Notes: generated from the sequence alone by a model not told the origin. A stretch of DNA of 64,000 bases from Nanobdellota archaeon (GCA_042572295.1 JBHPFA010000001.1:79788-143787); one strand, 5' to 3'; positions 43,288 to 53,500 are shown, counted from the first letter of the stretch. Numbers and translations are program-made.

Positions 43288-46200
43288 ATGGAAGAAACTG
43301 TAACAAAAAAAGTAGGAGCAATCAATTTTACGTTGATTTCACCAGAACAAATAAAGAGAATGGGTGTTGCAAAAGTTGTAACTCCAGAACTTTATGACAT
43401 GGGTGGTTATCCTGTTGATGGTGGATTAATGGATTTAAGACTTGGAGCTATTGATCCTGGAATCAGATGTAGAACTTGTGGAGGAAAATTAAAAGAATGT
43501 TTGGGACACTTTGGTTACATCGAAATGGCAAGGCCAACAGTCCACGTGAAATATGTTCCTATGATTGAATTATTATTAAGATCTTCATGTCAAGAATGTG
43601 GAAGAATCTGTTTAAGTCCTGAAAACATAGAGAAACATAAAGATAATATCCTTAAGAAAGCAAAAGATGCTAAGAAATGTCCTTATTGTAAAGCTGATCA
43701 AGAAAAAGTTAAAGTTGACAAGCCAACAAGCTTCATATCTGGAAAGAAAAGAATCTTTCCAACAGAAGTTAGAGCTAGACTTTCAAGAATCCCTGATGAA
43801 GACTTAAGACTTTTGAAGATTGATCCAGATTCAGCAAAGCCTGAATGGGGAATATTAACATTACTGCTTGTTCCACCAGTTACAGCAAGACCAAGTATTA
43901 CTTTAGATACTGGTGAGAGAAGTGAGGATGACTTAACACACAAGCTTGGAGACATTGTAAGAAGTAACCAGAGATTATGGGAGAATTTGAATGCTGGAGC
44001 TCCAGAGGTCATTATTGAGGACTTGTGGGACCTATTGCAATATCATATTACAACATTCTTTGACAATAGCATTGCTTCAGTACCCCCTGCAAGACATAGG
44101 TCAGGACAACCCTTGGAGACATTACATGAAAGAATTAAAGGGAAAGAAGGAAGAATTAGACACAACTTAGCAGGAAAGAGAGTAAACTTCTCCGGAAGAA
44201 CTGTTATTTCTCCAGATCCATTCATTAAATTAAATGAAGTAGGAATTCCTTTAGAAGTTGCAAAAATATTAACTGTTCCTGAAAGAGTTACAACTGCTAA
44301 TATGGCTAAATTAAAGGTATTGATGAAAAGAATTGACAAATGGCCTGGAGCATCTTACATAATAAGACCTGATGGTAAGCATAAAAAAATTACTGAAGAG
44401 CTTAAAGACGAATTAGTTGATGAAATTCAAATTGGTTATATTGTAGAAAGATATCTTCAAGATGGAGATATGGTCTTGTTCAACAGACACCCTAGCTTGC
44501 ATAGGGCAAGTTTAATGGGACACGCTGTAAGAATCCTACCTGGAAGAACTTTCAAACTACACCCTGGAACTGCAGGACCTTATAATGCAGACTATGATGG
44601 GGATGAGATGAATGTACACGTTCCACAAAATGAAGAAGCAATGGCTGAAACAAAGGTTTTGTTAAATGTTAATAATAACTTGATCAGCCCTAAAAATAAT
44701 ACAAACCTTCTTGGATGTATTGCAGATGCAGTTACTGGAAACTATCTGTTAAGTAAAAATGAGATTTCTAAAGATGACGCAGCACAATTGATTGCTACTG
44801 CTGGTGGAGATCTAGACAGAATAGAAAAGATGAAAGGTAAGGTTCTAGATGGAAAGGCAGTTTTCTCAGCATTACTTCCTAAATTAGATTATGTAGGAAA
44901 ATCCAGAACAAATGAGAAAGTGGATATTAGAGGGGGATTATTGACTTCTGGAGTAATTGATAATAGTACAATTGGAAAAGAAGGTGGAGCTTTAATCAAA
45001 GATATAGATAAACACGCTGGAAGAGAAGAAGCTATGAAGATTTTGCACAGTATCTTCACATTAGGAATAGCTTATTTGTCAAAACATGGATTCACAATCT
45101 CATTAGCTGATGTTAACATGCCAACAATTAAGAATGCTGTATCAAACGCAGTAAAAGATTCTTGGAAAAAGACTCAAGAACTAATTGAAGCATATCATGC
45201 TAACAAATTACCAGTTATTCCTGGAAAGACTAGAGAAGAATCTAGAGAAATGAAGATTTTGCATACTCTGAATGACGTAAGAACAAAGCTTGGAGATCTT
45301 GTAAAGAAAGAAATTCCAGATTCAAACAATGCAAACATGATGATTCTGTCAGGTTCTGCAGGAAATATCCTTCATGTAACTCAAATGGCTTGTTCAGTCG
45401 GACAGCAAGACTTATGGGCTAAGAGAATTGAGATAGGTTATACTGGAAGAACATTGCCTTTTTTCAAGAAAGGAGATTTAAGTCCTACTTCAAAAGGATT
45501 CATTAAATCAAGCTATGGAGACGGTTTAAAACCTCATGAATTCTTTTTCGGAGCTATCACAGGAAGAGATGCATTAATGGATACTGCATTAAGAACTCCT
45601 AGATCCGGATATCTTTATAGAAGATTGGCAAATGCTTTGCAAGACATCAGAATTGAATATGATGGAACTGCAAGAGATGCTAGAGGTAAGATTATTCAGT
45701 ATGTTTACGGAAATGATTTGAAAGATGTAAGCAAATTACACTTAAAGAATGATAAGATTGATGCTGGAGAAGCAATTGGAATTGTTACTGCTCAATCTTT
45801 TGGTGAACCTTCAACTCAGATGACTTTGAATGTATTCCACTTCGCTGGAGTTTCCGAAATGCAGGTAACTTTAGGTTTACCTAGACTTATCGAAATTTTC
45901 GATGCAAGAAAAAAGCCTTCAACTCCACAAATGGAGATTTTCTTAGAAGAACAATATAACAAAGACGAAAGTGCAAGGCTAATTGCAGAAAGAATCAAAG
46001 AAATAAACTTTACAGGCATTGCTACTGAATTCAGTGTATTGTTTACAGAAGGAAAAATTGAAGTTAAATTAGATAGACCTTCAATGAGATCTGCTCGTAT
46101 TACTCCTAAATCAGTAATTGATAAATTAAAGGAAGCAAAATACAAGGTAAGATTGAAAGATGATGAAACAATTATCATTAGCACAGAAACTGATTCATTC

Positions 46201-46776
46201 AAAGAGATGTACAAGATGAAAGAGAAGCTTAAAGACTTCAATATAAGTGGAGTTAAAGGAATTAGCCAAGTTTTGATTGTTAAGAGAGATAATAAATTTG
46301 CTATCTTAACAGCAGGAACAAACCTTGAAGAAATTTTAAAGATTAAAGGAATACATAAAGAAAAGACAACTACTAATGATCTCCATGAAACTTCAAATGT
46401 TTTAGGAATTGAAGCAGCAAGAAACGTAATTATTAAGGAAATCAACAAAGTTGTATCACAACAGGGTTTGGATATTGACAAAAGACATACTTTGCTTATT
46501 GCAGATACAATGACTGCTAGCGGTGAAGTGAAAGGTATCACTAGAATCGGAATTATTTCAGAGAAAAGTTCTATTTTAGCGAGAGCAAGTTTCGAAACAC
46601 CAATAAAGCATTTTGTAAATGCATCAATTCAAGGAAGTAGAGATGATTTGAGATCAGTTATCGAAAATGTAATCTTAAACCAGCCAGTACCTATTGGAAC
46701 AGGACTACCTGGACTGCTTGTTAAGATTACTGGATCTTTAGGTAAACCAAAGAAAAAACCTAAGAAGAAAAAGTAA
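43288..46776 (+). CDS. rpoA: RNA polymerase subunit A, with A' and A'' regions in one uninterrupted 1162-codon ORF
   Basis: A' motifs are the Zn ribbon CRTCGGKLKECLGHFG, NRHPSLHRASLMGH and NADYDGDEMNVHVPQ. A'' motifs are GEAIGIVTAQSFGEPSTQMTLNVFHFAGV and GLPRLIEIFDARK. No stop codon between them; the junction is near 45700-45790. Confidence 0.9.
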   Translation: MEETVTKKVGAINFTLISPEQIKRMGVAKVVTPELYDMGGYPVDGGLMDLRLGAIDPGIRCRTCGGKLKECLGHFGYIEMARPTVHVKYVPMIELLLRSSCQECGRICLSPENIEKHKDNILKKAKDAKKCPYCKADQEKVKVDKPTSFISGKKRIFPTEVRARLSRIPDEDLRLLKIDPDSAKPEWGILTLLLVPPVTARPSITLDTGERSEDDLTHKLGDIVRSNQRLWENLNAGAPEVIIEDLWDLLQYHITTFFDNSIASVPPARHRSGQPLETLHERIKGKEGRIRHNLAGKRVNFSGRTVISPDPFIKLNEVGIPLEVAKILTVPERVTTANMAKLKVLMKRIDKWPGASYIIRPDGKHKKITEELKDELVDEIQIGYIVERYLQDGDMVLFNRHPSLHRASLMGHAVRILPGRTFKLHPGTAGPYNADYDGDEMNVHVPQNEEAMAETKVLLNVNNNLISPKNNTNLLGCIADAVTGNYLLSKNEISKDDAAQLIATAGGDLDRIEKMKGKVLDGKAVFSALLPKLDYVGKSRTNEKVDIRGGLLTSGVIDNSTIGKEGGALIKDIDKHAGREEAMKILHSIFTLGIAYLSKHGFTISLADVNMPTIKNAVSNAVKDSWKKTQELIEAYHANKLPVIPGKTREESREMKILHTLNDVRTKLGDLVKKEIPDSNNANMMILSGSAGNILHVTQMACSVGQQDLWAKRIEIGYTGRTLPFFKKGDLSPTSKGFIKSSYGDGLKPHEFFFGAITGRDALMDTALRTPRSGYLYRRLANALQDIRIEYDGTARDARGKIIQYVYGNDLKDVSKLHLKNDKIDAGEAIGIVTAQSFGEPSTQMTLNVFHFAGVSEMQVTLGLPRLIEIFDARKKPSTPQMEIFLEEQYNKDESARLIAERIKEINFTGIATEFSVLFTEGKIEVKLDRPSMRSARITPKSVIDKLKEAKYKVRLKDDETIIISTETDSFKEMYKMKEKLKDFNISGVKGISQVLIVKRDNKFAILTAGTNLEEILKIKGIHKEKTTTNDLHETSNVLGIEAARNVIIKEINKVVSQQGLDIDKRHTLLIADTMTASGEVKGITRIGIISEKSSILARASFETPIKHFVNASIQGSRDDLRSVIENVILNQPVPIGTGLPGLLVKITGSLGKPKKKPKKKK

Positions 46777-46824
46777 GTTCTTAAGAACCGTTATATTTTA
46801 AAACAAGAGGAATAACATAAAGAT

Positions 46825-47232
46825 ATGGGATTAAAACTTGATCAGCAATCAATTCAATGTTTAACTTTGTTTTCAAGGATAGCAAATGTTAGAACAAAAG
46901 AATGCTTTGATTACAATAACACTAAAGTCTTTATCGTTAAACGTGAACTTCTATCAAAAGCTGTTGGTGAAAAAGGAAGGAATGTTAAACGATTAAGCAA
47001 TTTACTCAGAACTAAAGTAAGAATCATTCCAGATTCTGAACTTGCGGATTTTATAAAAGACGTTATTCAGCCTGTGAAGTTTAAGAAAATACTTATTGAG
47101 AATAATATGATTACAATATTTGCTGGTCAACAAGCAAAAGCATCACTTATTGGAAGAAATAAAGTGAGATTGGAAGAGCTTGCTAATATTCTTAAGAGAC
47201 AATATGGTGTAAAGTCTTTGAGGATTGTTTAA
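46825..47232 (+). CDS. nusA: Archaeal NusA-like KH-domain transcription termination/antitermination protein
   Basis: Two KH-like units with GxxG-type loops (AVGEKGRNVKRL, LIGRNKVRLEEL). About 135 aa. Canonical position after rpoA. Confidence 0.75.
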   Translation: MGLKLDQQSIQCLTLFSRIANVRTKECFDYNNTKVFIVKRELLSKAVGEKGRNVKRLSNLLRTKVRIIPDSELADFIKDVIQPVKFKKILIENNMITIFAGQQAKASLIGRNKVRLEELANILKRQYGVKSLRIV

Positions 47233-47884
47233 TTTTTTTAGAATAACCATTACTGTTTACTATTTTTTCTACTGAATCTAAAACAAAAGGTGTACCTTCC
47301 AAATTCTTTAACCAAGTATGAGCACGATAAACCGTTTTTGGGCTAACTCTTTGATTCCAAGGAGAATCAAATAAAATTGCCTTGCCAGACTTTAATGAAG
47401 GAAGACATTCTTTGACTGTTGGAAGTGCATCTTCAATGAGAATATCTATTTCTTTATCTTTACAAATTCCCGATTTAGAATTACTAGGGCCTCCAGGACC
47501 ATATTTGTTTGTTAACAAGATATCTGAAAAAATTCCTTGGAAGTTTGTTTCAACAAATTTCTCAGTGCTCTTTTGCATATAATCTGGCCTGTTGCTGATT
47601 ATATATAACTCTGCACCTTTCCCAACAAGAATTTTCATTGCTTCAAAAGCACCTTTTCTAGGTCTTAGGTTTGAATCAGCCATCCCTCCTTCTTTTTGAA
47701 ACTCATCAATTATTGGCCTTACTGTCTTATCATCTAATCCAAAAATCTTATAATCAAACTTATACATCTCTTCTAATCTGAAGGTCTTATTCAATTTTTT
47801 ACTCATGAAAGGAAGGTATTTCTCATGATAGTCATTACAAACATCATCTAAATCTATTCCTATTTTCAGCTTTTTGTATATCAT
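47192..47884 (-). CDS. HAD-superfamily 5'(3')-deoxyribonucleotidase-like phosphatase
   Basis: KIGIDLDDVCNDY (DxDxV motif I), IISNRP (motif II) and IDILIEDA (motif IV). Its 3' end overlaps the nusA 3' end by 41 nt (convergent). Confidence 0.6.
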   Translation of the reverse strand: MIYKKLKIGIDLDDVCNDYHEKYLPFMSKKLNKTFRLEEMYKFDYKIFGLDDKTVRPIIDEFQKEGGMADSNLRPRKGAFEAMKILVGKGAELYIISNRPDYMQKSTEKFVETNFQGIFSDILLTNKYGPGGPSNSKSGICKDKEIDILIEDALPTVKECLPSLKSGKAILFDSPWNQRVSPKTVYRAHTWLKNLEGTPFVLDSVEKIVNSNGYSKKIKQSSKTLHHIVS

Positions 47885-47962
47885 TTTGAGGGGTTGTAAA
47901 TCTGTTTCTTAGTTTATTAATCTACCGATTAATTATTTAAAGGGTTATATGTGATAGAGAAT

Positions 47963-48538
47963 ATGGTAAAAAGAGTCTTCATAATTCATGGATGGGGAGG
48001 TTCTCCAGGTGGATGGCATTTATGGATGAGAGATGAATTAAAGAAAAAGGGTTTTGAAGTTTTCAACCCTCAAATGCCAAATACTGACACTCCAAAAATA
48101 GAAGAATGGGTAGGGCATTTAGAAAAGCTCGTTGGCAAAGCCGATGAAGATACTTATTTTCTAGGCCATAGTATTGGTTCCCAAGCAGTCATGAGGTATC
48201 TAGAAAGACTTCCTGAAGGTGTTAAAGTCGGAGGAGTTGTCTTCGTTGCAGGTTTCTTCTATTCAAATACTGAGAGAATGGAAGATCTTGGGAAAAGTAT
48301 AATAAAGCCTTGGCTAGAAACACCTATAGACTGTGAGGAGATTAAGAAACATGCTGGGAAAATTGTAGCTATTTTTTCTGACAATGATAAGCATATTCCA
48401 TTAAAGAATAAAAAATTATTTGCTGAAAAGTTACATGCAAAGATCATTGTAGAACACAATAAAGGGCACTATATTGCTGAAGATAAAATAAGTACTGTTC
48501 CAGTGGCCCTAGCAGCATTAAATTCAATGTATGAGTGA
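47963..48538 (+). CDS. Alpha/beta serine hydrolase (YdeN/RBBP9-like)
   Basis: VFIIHGWGGSPGGWHLW, nucleophile elbow LGHSIGSQAV, and late Asp/His (SDNDKHIP, KGHY). Start taken at the ATG at 47963 (track uses GTG 47951). Confidence 0.65.
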   Translation: MVKRVFIIHGWGGSPGGWHLWMRDELKKKGFEVFNPQMPNTDTPKIEEWVGHLEKLVGKADEDTYFLGHSIGSQAVMRYLERLPEGVKVGGVVFVAGFFYSNTERMEDLGKSIIKPWLETPIDCEEIKKHAGKIVAIFSDNDKHIPLKNKKLFAEKLHAKIIVEHNKGHYIAEDKISTVPVALAALNSMYE

Positions 48539-48593
48539 AGATTTAAATAGGGAAATCTTTAAAAACGTACATTTTCTTCAAGTTCTGTAAAAA

Positions 48594-49016
48594 ATGGGAG
48601 TAATGGGTGGAAAAAAGCTAATCCAAAGAAGGAAAAAGTATAAATGGAATTCTAAGCAGCATAGACAAAGAACACTTAAAACAGGTCTTAAAGCAGACCC
48701 TCTTAAAGGTGCAAGTCAAGCTAAAGGAATAGTTCTTGAAAAAATAGAAAAAGAGGCTAAACAGCCTAACTCAGCGATGAGAAAATGTTGTAAAGTTCAA
48801 TTGATCAAAAATGGAAGGCATGTAACTGCTTTTATTCCTGGAAATCTAGCACAAAAGTTTGTAGATGAACACGATGAAGTTCTGATTGAAAGAATTGGTG
48901 GGAAGATGGGAAGATCTAAAGGGGATATTCCTGGAGTTAGATTCCAAGTTATTCAAGTTAATGATCAGCCTTTGAAGATGCTTGTTAAAGGTAAGATTGA
49001 GAAGGGTAGAAGATAA
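48594..49016 (+). CDS. rps12: 30S ribosomal protein S12 (uS12)
   Basis: [46 protein letters not shown]...[13 protein letters not shown]. Confidence 0.95.
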   Translation: MGVMGGKKLIQRRKKYKWNSKQHRQRTLKTGLKADPLKGASQAKGIVLEKIEKEAKQPNSAMRKCCKVQLIKNGRHVTAFIPGNLAQKFVDEHDEVLIERIGGKMGRSKGDIPGVRFQVIQVNDQPLKMLVKGKIEKGRR

Positions 49017-49612
49017 TGGTACAAATGAAGATATTTGATATGTTTGATGTTTCAGAAGTAAAAGTTGAAGACCCAGGTCTTAGAAGATATCTTAATTTAT
49101 CTGCAAAATTAGTTCCTAAAAACAGGGGAAGAGAAAGAGTGAGATTTGCTAAAGCTAATATTAATATTATTGAGAGAACAATAAATTTGTTATCAGTTCC
49201 TGGACACAGAGGAAAGAAACACAAAATTATGACAAAACATGCTACAGGAAAATGGGGGAAGAATGCTAAGGTTTTAATCGGAGCATTAAAGATTGTTGAA
49301 GAGAAGACAAAACAAAACCCAGTTCAAGTTTTTGTTAAAGCAATAGAAAATGCTTCTCCCCGTGATGAGATTACTACAATTGAGTATGGTGGAGCAAAAT
49401 ATCCTCAATCAGTTGATGTAGCTCCTTTGAGAAGAATTGCTATTTCAGTAAGAAATTTAGTTCATGGTGCACAAGATAAAGCTTTTAACAAAAAACCGAC
49501 TATATCCCAAACACTAGCAATAGAAATAATTGGAGCGGCTAATGAAAATAATGATAGTTTTGCTTATTCTAAAAAAGTTGAGACTGAGAAAATGGCTGAT
49601 TCTGCGAGGTAA
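49016..49612 (+). CDS. rps7: 30S ribosomal protein S7 (uS7)
   Basis: ERTINLLSVPGHRGKKHKIMTKHATGK and the uS7 C-terminal blocks NPVQVFVKAIENASPRDEITTIEYGGAKYPQSVDVAPLRR. Start overlaps the S12 stop. Confidence 0.9.
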   Translation: MVQMKIFDMFDVSEVKVEDPGLRRYLNLSAKLVPKNRGRERVRFAKANINIIERTINLLSVPGHRGKKHKIMTKHATGKWGKNAKVLIGALKIVEEKTKQNPVQVFVKAIENASPRDEITTIEYGGAKYPQSVDVAPLRRIAISVRNLVHGAQDKAFNKKPTISQTLAIEIIGAANENNDSFAYSKKVETEKMADSAR

Positions 49613-49614
49613 AA

Positions 49615-49920
49615 ATGGTGAAAGTAATTTATTCAAAGAAATTTAAACTAAAAGTTCATGAAGAGGGATTAGAGACTCTTGAGTTAGGTATAGAGAGAAT
49701 TGCAGGATATCCTGTAAAACCTAATTTATCTATTGCAAGCGTCAGTCAGGAAGGCAGAGACTATGTAGCTATAAGAGGATTTGGCGAGAGAGTAAGAAAA
49801 TATGACTCAAGCAAAAACAATCTTAAAGATGTAAAAAATCATATTGAACAATCATTTAGACAATCTATGGAAGCTAGATTATTGGCCGAAGAACTAAAAG
49901 AGGAATATAGATTTAATTAA
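49615..49920 (+). CDS. Orphan 101-aa protein inserted between S7 and EF-2
   Basis: 2-nt gap to S7. Shares the block RVRKYDSSKNNLKDV with the next ORF (PVREYNTSTHTLKDA). Confidence 0.55.
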   Translation: MVKVIYSKKFKLKVHEEGLETLELGIERIAGYPVKPNLSIASVSQEGRDYVAIRGFGERVRKYDSSKNNLKDVKNHIEQSFRQSMEARLLAEELKEEYRFN

Positions 49921-49921
49921 A

Positions 49922-50200
49922 ATGGAAATAAAATTTACTCATTACACAGACAAAAAGACAGGAGACAAAAAACTTTATGGTAGAGTCCTTAAAGGAGAAT
50001 TTGTAGGAAATAAACAATTGGTCGCTACTTGTAAAAGAATAGAAGACAAAATTGTTGTACTTGATCCTAAGAGCAAACCTGTACGTGAATATAATACTAG
50101 CACTCATACATTAAAGGATGCGATAATGCTTGCTGAAGAGAGATATAGGCGCCCAATACTGGCTTATGAAAGAAACAAATCAAGGAGAATGTTAAACTAA
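49922..50200 (+). CDS. Orphan 92-aa protein, apparent paralog of 49615..49920
   Basis: 1-nt gaps on both sides. Local similarity to the preceding ORF. Confidence 0.55.
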   Translation: MEIKFTHYTDKKTGDKKLYGRVLKGEFVGNKQLVATCKRIEDKIVVLDPKSKPVREYNTSTHTLKDAIMLAEERYRRPILAYERNKSRRMLN

Positions 50201-50201
50201 A

Positions 50202-52349
50202 ATGGCTGGAGATGTTGTAGAAAAAATTCAGAAATTAATGACTACTCCTAAAAACATCAGAAATATAGGTATAGTTGCACATATTGACCACGGAAAGACA
50301 ACTCTTTCTGATTCATTGCTTGCTGGAGCAGGAATGATTTCACAAGATCTTGCTGGAGATTTGATGGTAATGGATTTCCACAAAGATGAGCAAGAAAGGG
50401 GAATCACTATTGACTCAGCTAATGTAAACATGGTCTGTACTGTTGATGGTGAAGATTATTTAATTAATATGATTGATACTCCTGGACACGTAGATTTCTC
50501 AGGAGAAGTTACAAGAGCTATGAGGGCTACTGATGGAGCTGTTGTAGTTGTAGATGCAGCTGAAGGAATGATGCCTCAGACTGAAACTGTTTTAAGACAG
50601 GCATTAAAGGAAAAAGTAAAACCTATTTTATTCTTAAACAAAGTTGACAGACCTATTAAAGAATTGAAATTAACTCCAGAAGAAATGCAGAAGAGATTCC
50701 TTGGTGTTATTGATTCTGTAAATAAATTCATAGCTGGAAACACAACAGAGCCTTGGAGAGTAAGTGTTATGGATGGTTCAGTTATTTTCGGTTCTGCTAA
50801 AGATAAATGGGGATTAAGCTTTACTATGATGAAGAAAATCGGTTTAACTTTCGCAGATATCATAAAAGCTTATGAGACTGAAACTCAAAGTGAATTAGTT
50901 AAGAAAGCTCCAGTACATCAAGCAATTTTTGATGCTGTTGTTAAACACTTACCAAATCCAACAGACTCACAAAAATATAGAATTAAGAAGATTTGGCATG
51001 GAGACTTTGAGAGTGAAGAAGGAAAAGCATTATATAATGCTGATCCAAAAGGGCCAGTCATTTTTGTCCCTACAAAAGTTGTTATTGACCCTCATGCAGG
51101 AGAAGTTGCTGGTGGAAGATTATTCTCAGGAACTATTGAGAAAGGTCAAGAGCTTTACTTAAACCAAGCTAAGAAATGGATTAGAACACAACAAATTAAT
51201 CTTTACAAAGGACCACACAGATTGGTTGTTGATAAGATTCCAGCTGGAAATATTATAGGAGTAGTCGGATTAAAAGGAATTGCCTCCGGAGAAACTGTAA
51301 GTTCCAAACCTATGGAACCATTTGAAGCTTTAAAACACATGTTTGATCCAGTAGTTACTATCAGTATTAATGTAAAGAAAGCTGCTGACTTGCCAAAGTT
51401 AGTTGAAGTTTTGAAAAAAGTTGGAAAAGAGGACCCAACTGTTAAGATTGAGATTAATGAAGAGACTGGAGAGAACTTACTTTCAGGAATGGGAGAATTA
51501 CACTTAGAAGTTATTTCAAACAGAATTATAACAGAAAAAGGAGTTGAAGTTATTACTTCACCACCTATCGTTGTTTACCGTGAGACTGTACACAAGAAAT
51601 CAAAAGTTGCTGAAGGAAAATCCCCTAACAAGCACAACTTATTCTTCATTGAAGTTGAACCATTAGAACCTGGAGTTTATGATGCTATTAAGAGTGGAGA
51701 TATTGCAGAAGGAAGACTGAAAAAGAAGAATGAAGAATTATGGAATAAACTTTCAACTTTAGGAATAAGCAATGAAGAAGCAAGACAATACAAAGCAATT
51801 TACAAAGGAAATGTTTTCTTAGATGCTACAAGAGGGATCGTTCAGATTGGAGAAGTCATTGAATTATTTATGGATGGATTTGAACAAGTCATTAATGCTG
51901 GAGGAATTGCAGCAGAACCAGTAATGGGAATTAAAGTAAGACTAGTTGATGCTAAACTTCATGAAGATGCTATCCACAGAGGTCCTGCACAGGTTTATCC
52001 TGCAGCAAGAGATGCTATTAGATCCGCAATGATTAGCGGAAATCCTGTACTACTCGAGCCTATTCAAGAGATTCAGATTGAATCTCCTGCAAGATATCTT
52101 GGAGAATTAACAAAACTTGTACAAAGTAAGAGAGGACAACTTCTTGACATGAAACAAGAAGGTGAACACTTAAGTACAAGAGTTAAGATGCCAGTTGCAG
52201 AAATGTTTGGATTAGCTGGAGACTTAAGAGGAGCAAGTGAAGGAAGAGCTACTTATTATGTAGTAGACCAGACTTTTGCAAAGACTCCAACTGAGATACA
52301 AAACAAAGTTGTAAGGCAGATTAGACAAAGAAAAGGAATGCCTTTATAA
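50202..52349 (+). CDS. fusA: Translation elongation factor 2 (aEF-2)
   Basis: GIVAHIDHGKTTLSD, DTPGHVDF and NKVDR G-motifs. The diphthamide-site loop HEDAIHRGPAQ is present. Confidence 0.95.
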   Translation: MAGDVVEKIQKLMTTPKNIRNIGIVAHIDHGKTTLSDSLLAGAGMISQDLAGDLMVMDFHKDEQERGITIDSANVNMVCTVDGEDYLINMIDTPGHVDFSGEVTRAMRATDGAVVVVDAAEGMMPQTETVLRQALKEKVKPILFLNKVDRPIKELKLTPEEMQKRFLGVIDSVNKFIAGNTTEPWRVSVMDGSVIFGSAKDKWGLSFTMMKKIGLTFADIIKAYETETQSELVKKAPVHQAIFDAVVKHLPNPTDSQKYRIKKIWHGDFESEEGKALYNADPKGPVIFVPTKVVIDPHAGEVAGGRLFSGTIEKGQELYLNQAKKWIRTQQINLYKGPHRLVVDKIPAGNIIGVVGLKGIASGETVSSKPMEPFEALKHMFDPVVTISINVKKAADLPKLVEVLKKVGKEDPTVKIEINEETGENLLSGMGELHLEVISNRIITEKGVEVITSPPIVVYRETVHKKSKVAEGKSPNKHNLFFIEVEPLEPGVYDAIKSGDIAEGRLKKKNEELWNKLSTLGISNEEARQYKAIYKGNVFLDATRGIVQIGEVIELFMDGFEQVINAGGIAAEPVMGIKVRLVDAKLHEDAIHRGPAQVYPAARDAIRSAMISGNPVLLEPIQEIQIESPARYLGELTKLVQSKRGQLLDMKQEGEHLSTRVKMPVAEMFGLAGDLRGASEGRATYYVVDQTFAKTPTEIQNKVVRQIRQRKGMPL

Positions 52350-52357
52350 TTCTTAAA

Positions 52358-52606
52358 ATGGTTAAGCCAATAACTGGTATAGTTCTTGAGAAATTGGTGA
52401 CATTAGCGGTGATTAATGAAAGATTCCGTAATATTGAAAAAAGTAATCTAGAACATTTTCACTTATCAGCAGAAGAAACTCAACAAAGTTATTTGAGACA
52501 AGTGGAACCTATTTTGAAACCTTATGCACCTCATTATAAGGAAATAAGGATGCAAATGGAAACGAGAGAAGCAATATATCAGAGACAAAAAAATCTCAAA
52601 AACTAA
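52358..52606 (+). CDS. Hypothetical 82-aa protein downstream of EF-2
   Basis: ORF 8 nt after the EF-2 stop. No motif recognised. Confidence 0.4.
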   Translation: MVKPITGIVLEKLVTLAVINERFRNIEKSNLEHFHLSAEETQQSYLRQVEPILKPYAPHYKEIRMQMETREAIYQRQKNLKN

Positions 52607-52638
52607 AAATGGAAAACCTTCTTTAGAAAGAGAGGGGA

Positions 52639-53403
52639 TTAAGTAGCTTTTTGTTTTGTGACTTCATAATCGACTATTGTCAAGAAGTCTATTCTTTCTT
52701 TTGGAACAGTATCATAGAGCCTGTTTAAATCTTTTTCATCGTGACCTATCAAAGTCAGATAAAAATTTTTAGAAGGTAAGTAGTTTTGCAATTCTCCTAG
52801 GGCCTCATTAAATAAATCCTTTCCAGTGTTTTTTCTAAAATTTTCTTGGTTTGTTCCTTTCAAACATCCTGTCAACACAAAATTTTTCAAGTTAAGATAT
52901 TGCCAAGGTTTGTTCTTGTAAAAATGATCTTCTAAAAGAATAACATCAGAAAATAGAACAGTGTCTTCAAGTCCCTTTTTGTCTAGGGAGTTTCTTAGTT
53001 CAGGCCAAAATTCTGCATAAGCTCCTGGAGCACCACCCATGAAGTGGAAAACATTAAGCTTAGTGTCAAAGCTTGGTTCGACTTCACTTTTGAAAATAGC
53101 AAATTTGTCCACAAGTTCATCTGCATTCATAGAAACATCTGATTTAAGATTGTCAACATAACAATAATTACATTTCAATGGACATTTAGCAGATTGAACA
53201 ATGAAGTGGTTGTTGTAGTCTTTCCATTCTTTACCTAAGAGATTAGCCATCCTATAAGGGGATTTATCTCCTCTATTGTCGTGTGCGTTTTCTTTTTTAA
53301 TTACGGTACAGATTCTTCCGACGTCGTCATGAAAAACTATGCCTGAAGATTTTTCCACATCAATCTTTTGTGTTTTGCCTATCTTAGAAATTGGAACTTC
53401 CAT
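52639..53403 (-). CDS. Radical SAM domain protein
   Basis: CPLKCNYC (CX3CX2C cluster motif) and FMGGAPGAY (GGEP-like SAM-binding motif). Confidence 0.6.
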   Translation of the reverse strand: MEVPISKIGKTQKIDVEKSSGIVFHDDVGRICTVIKKENAHDNRGDKSPYRMANLLGKEWKDYNNHFIVQSAKCPLKCNYCYVDNLKSDVSMNADELVDKFAIFKSEVEPSFDTKLNVFHFMGGAPGAYAEFWPELRNSLDKKGLEDTVLFSDVILLEDHFYKNKPWQYLNLKNFVLTGCLKGTNQENFRKNTGKDLFNEALGELQNYLPSKNFYLTLIGHDEKDLNRLYDTVPKERIDFLTIVDYEVTKQKAT

Positions 53404-53500
53404 AGATTTTATACCTTACCTGAGTCTTATAAGGTTTATTATAATTCTTTATAATAGAAAAGTTTATAAATGGCTTTTTTCTGATGATATAGTAAAAAAA

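Noticed and set aside
45816-46541. 241-aa minus-strand ORF
   Set aside because: It is antisense to the A'' part of rpoA, which has unmistakable motifs. It is a long stop-free shadow frame in an AT-rich gene.
47192-47232. 41-nt convergent overlap of nusA and the HAD nucleotidase gene
   Set aside because: It is probably just tight packing, and convergent 3' overlaps also occur at 26491-26502. It was noted but is not evidence of regulation.
53339-53500. 54-codon upstream extension of the EF-1alpha ORF
   Set aside because: It overlaps the divergent radical-SAM gene and the AT-rich promoter region. Canonical EF-1a begins at MAADKTNLN...GHVDHGKST (53501).
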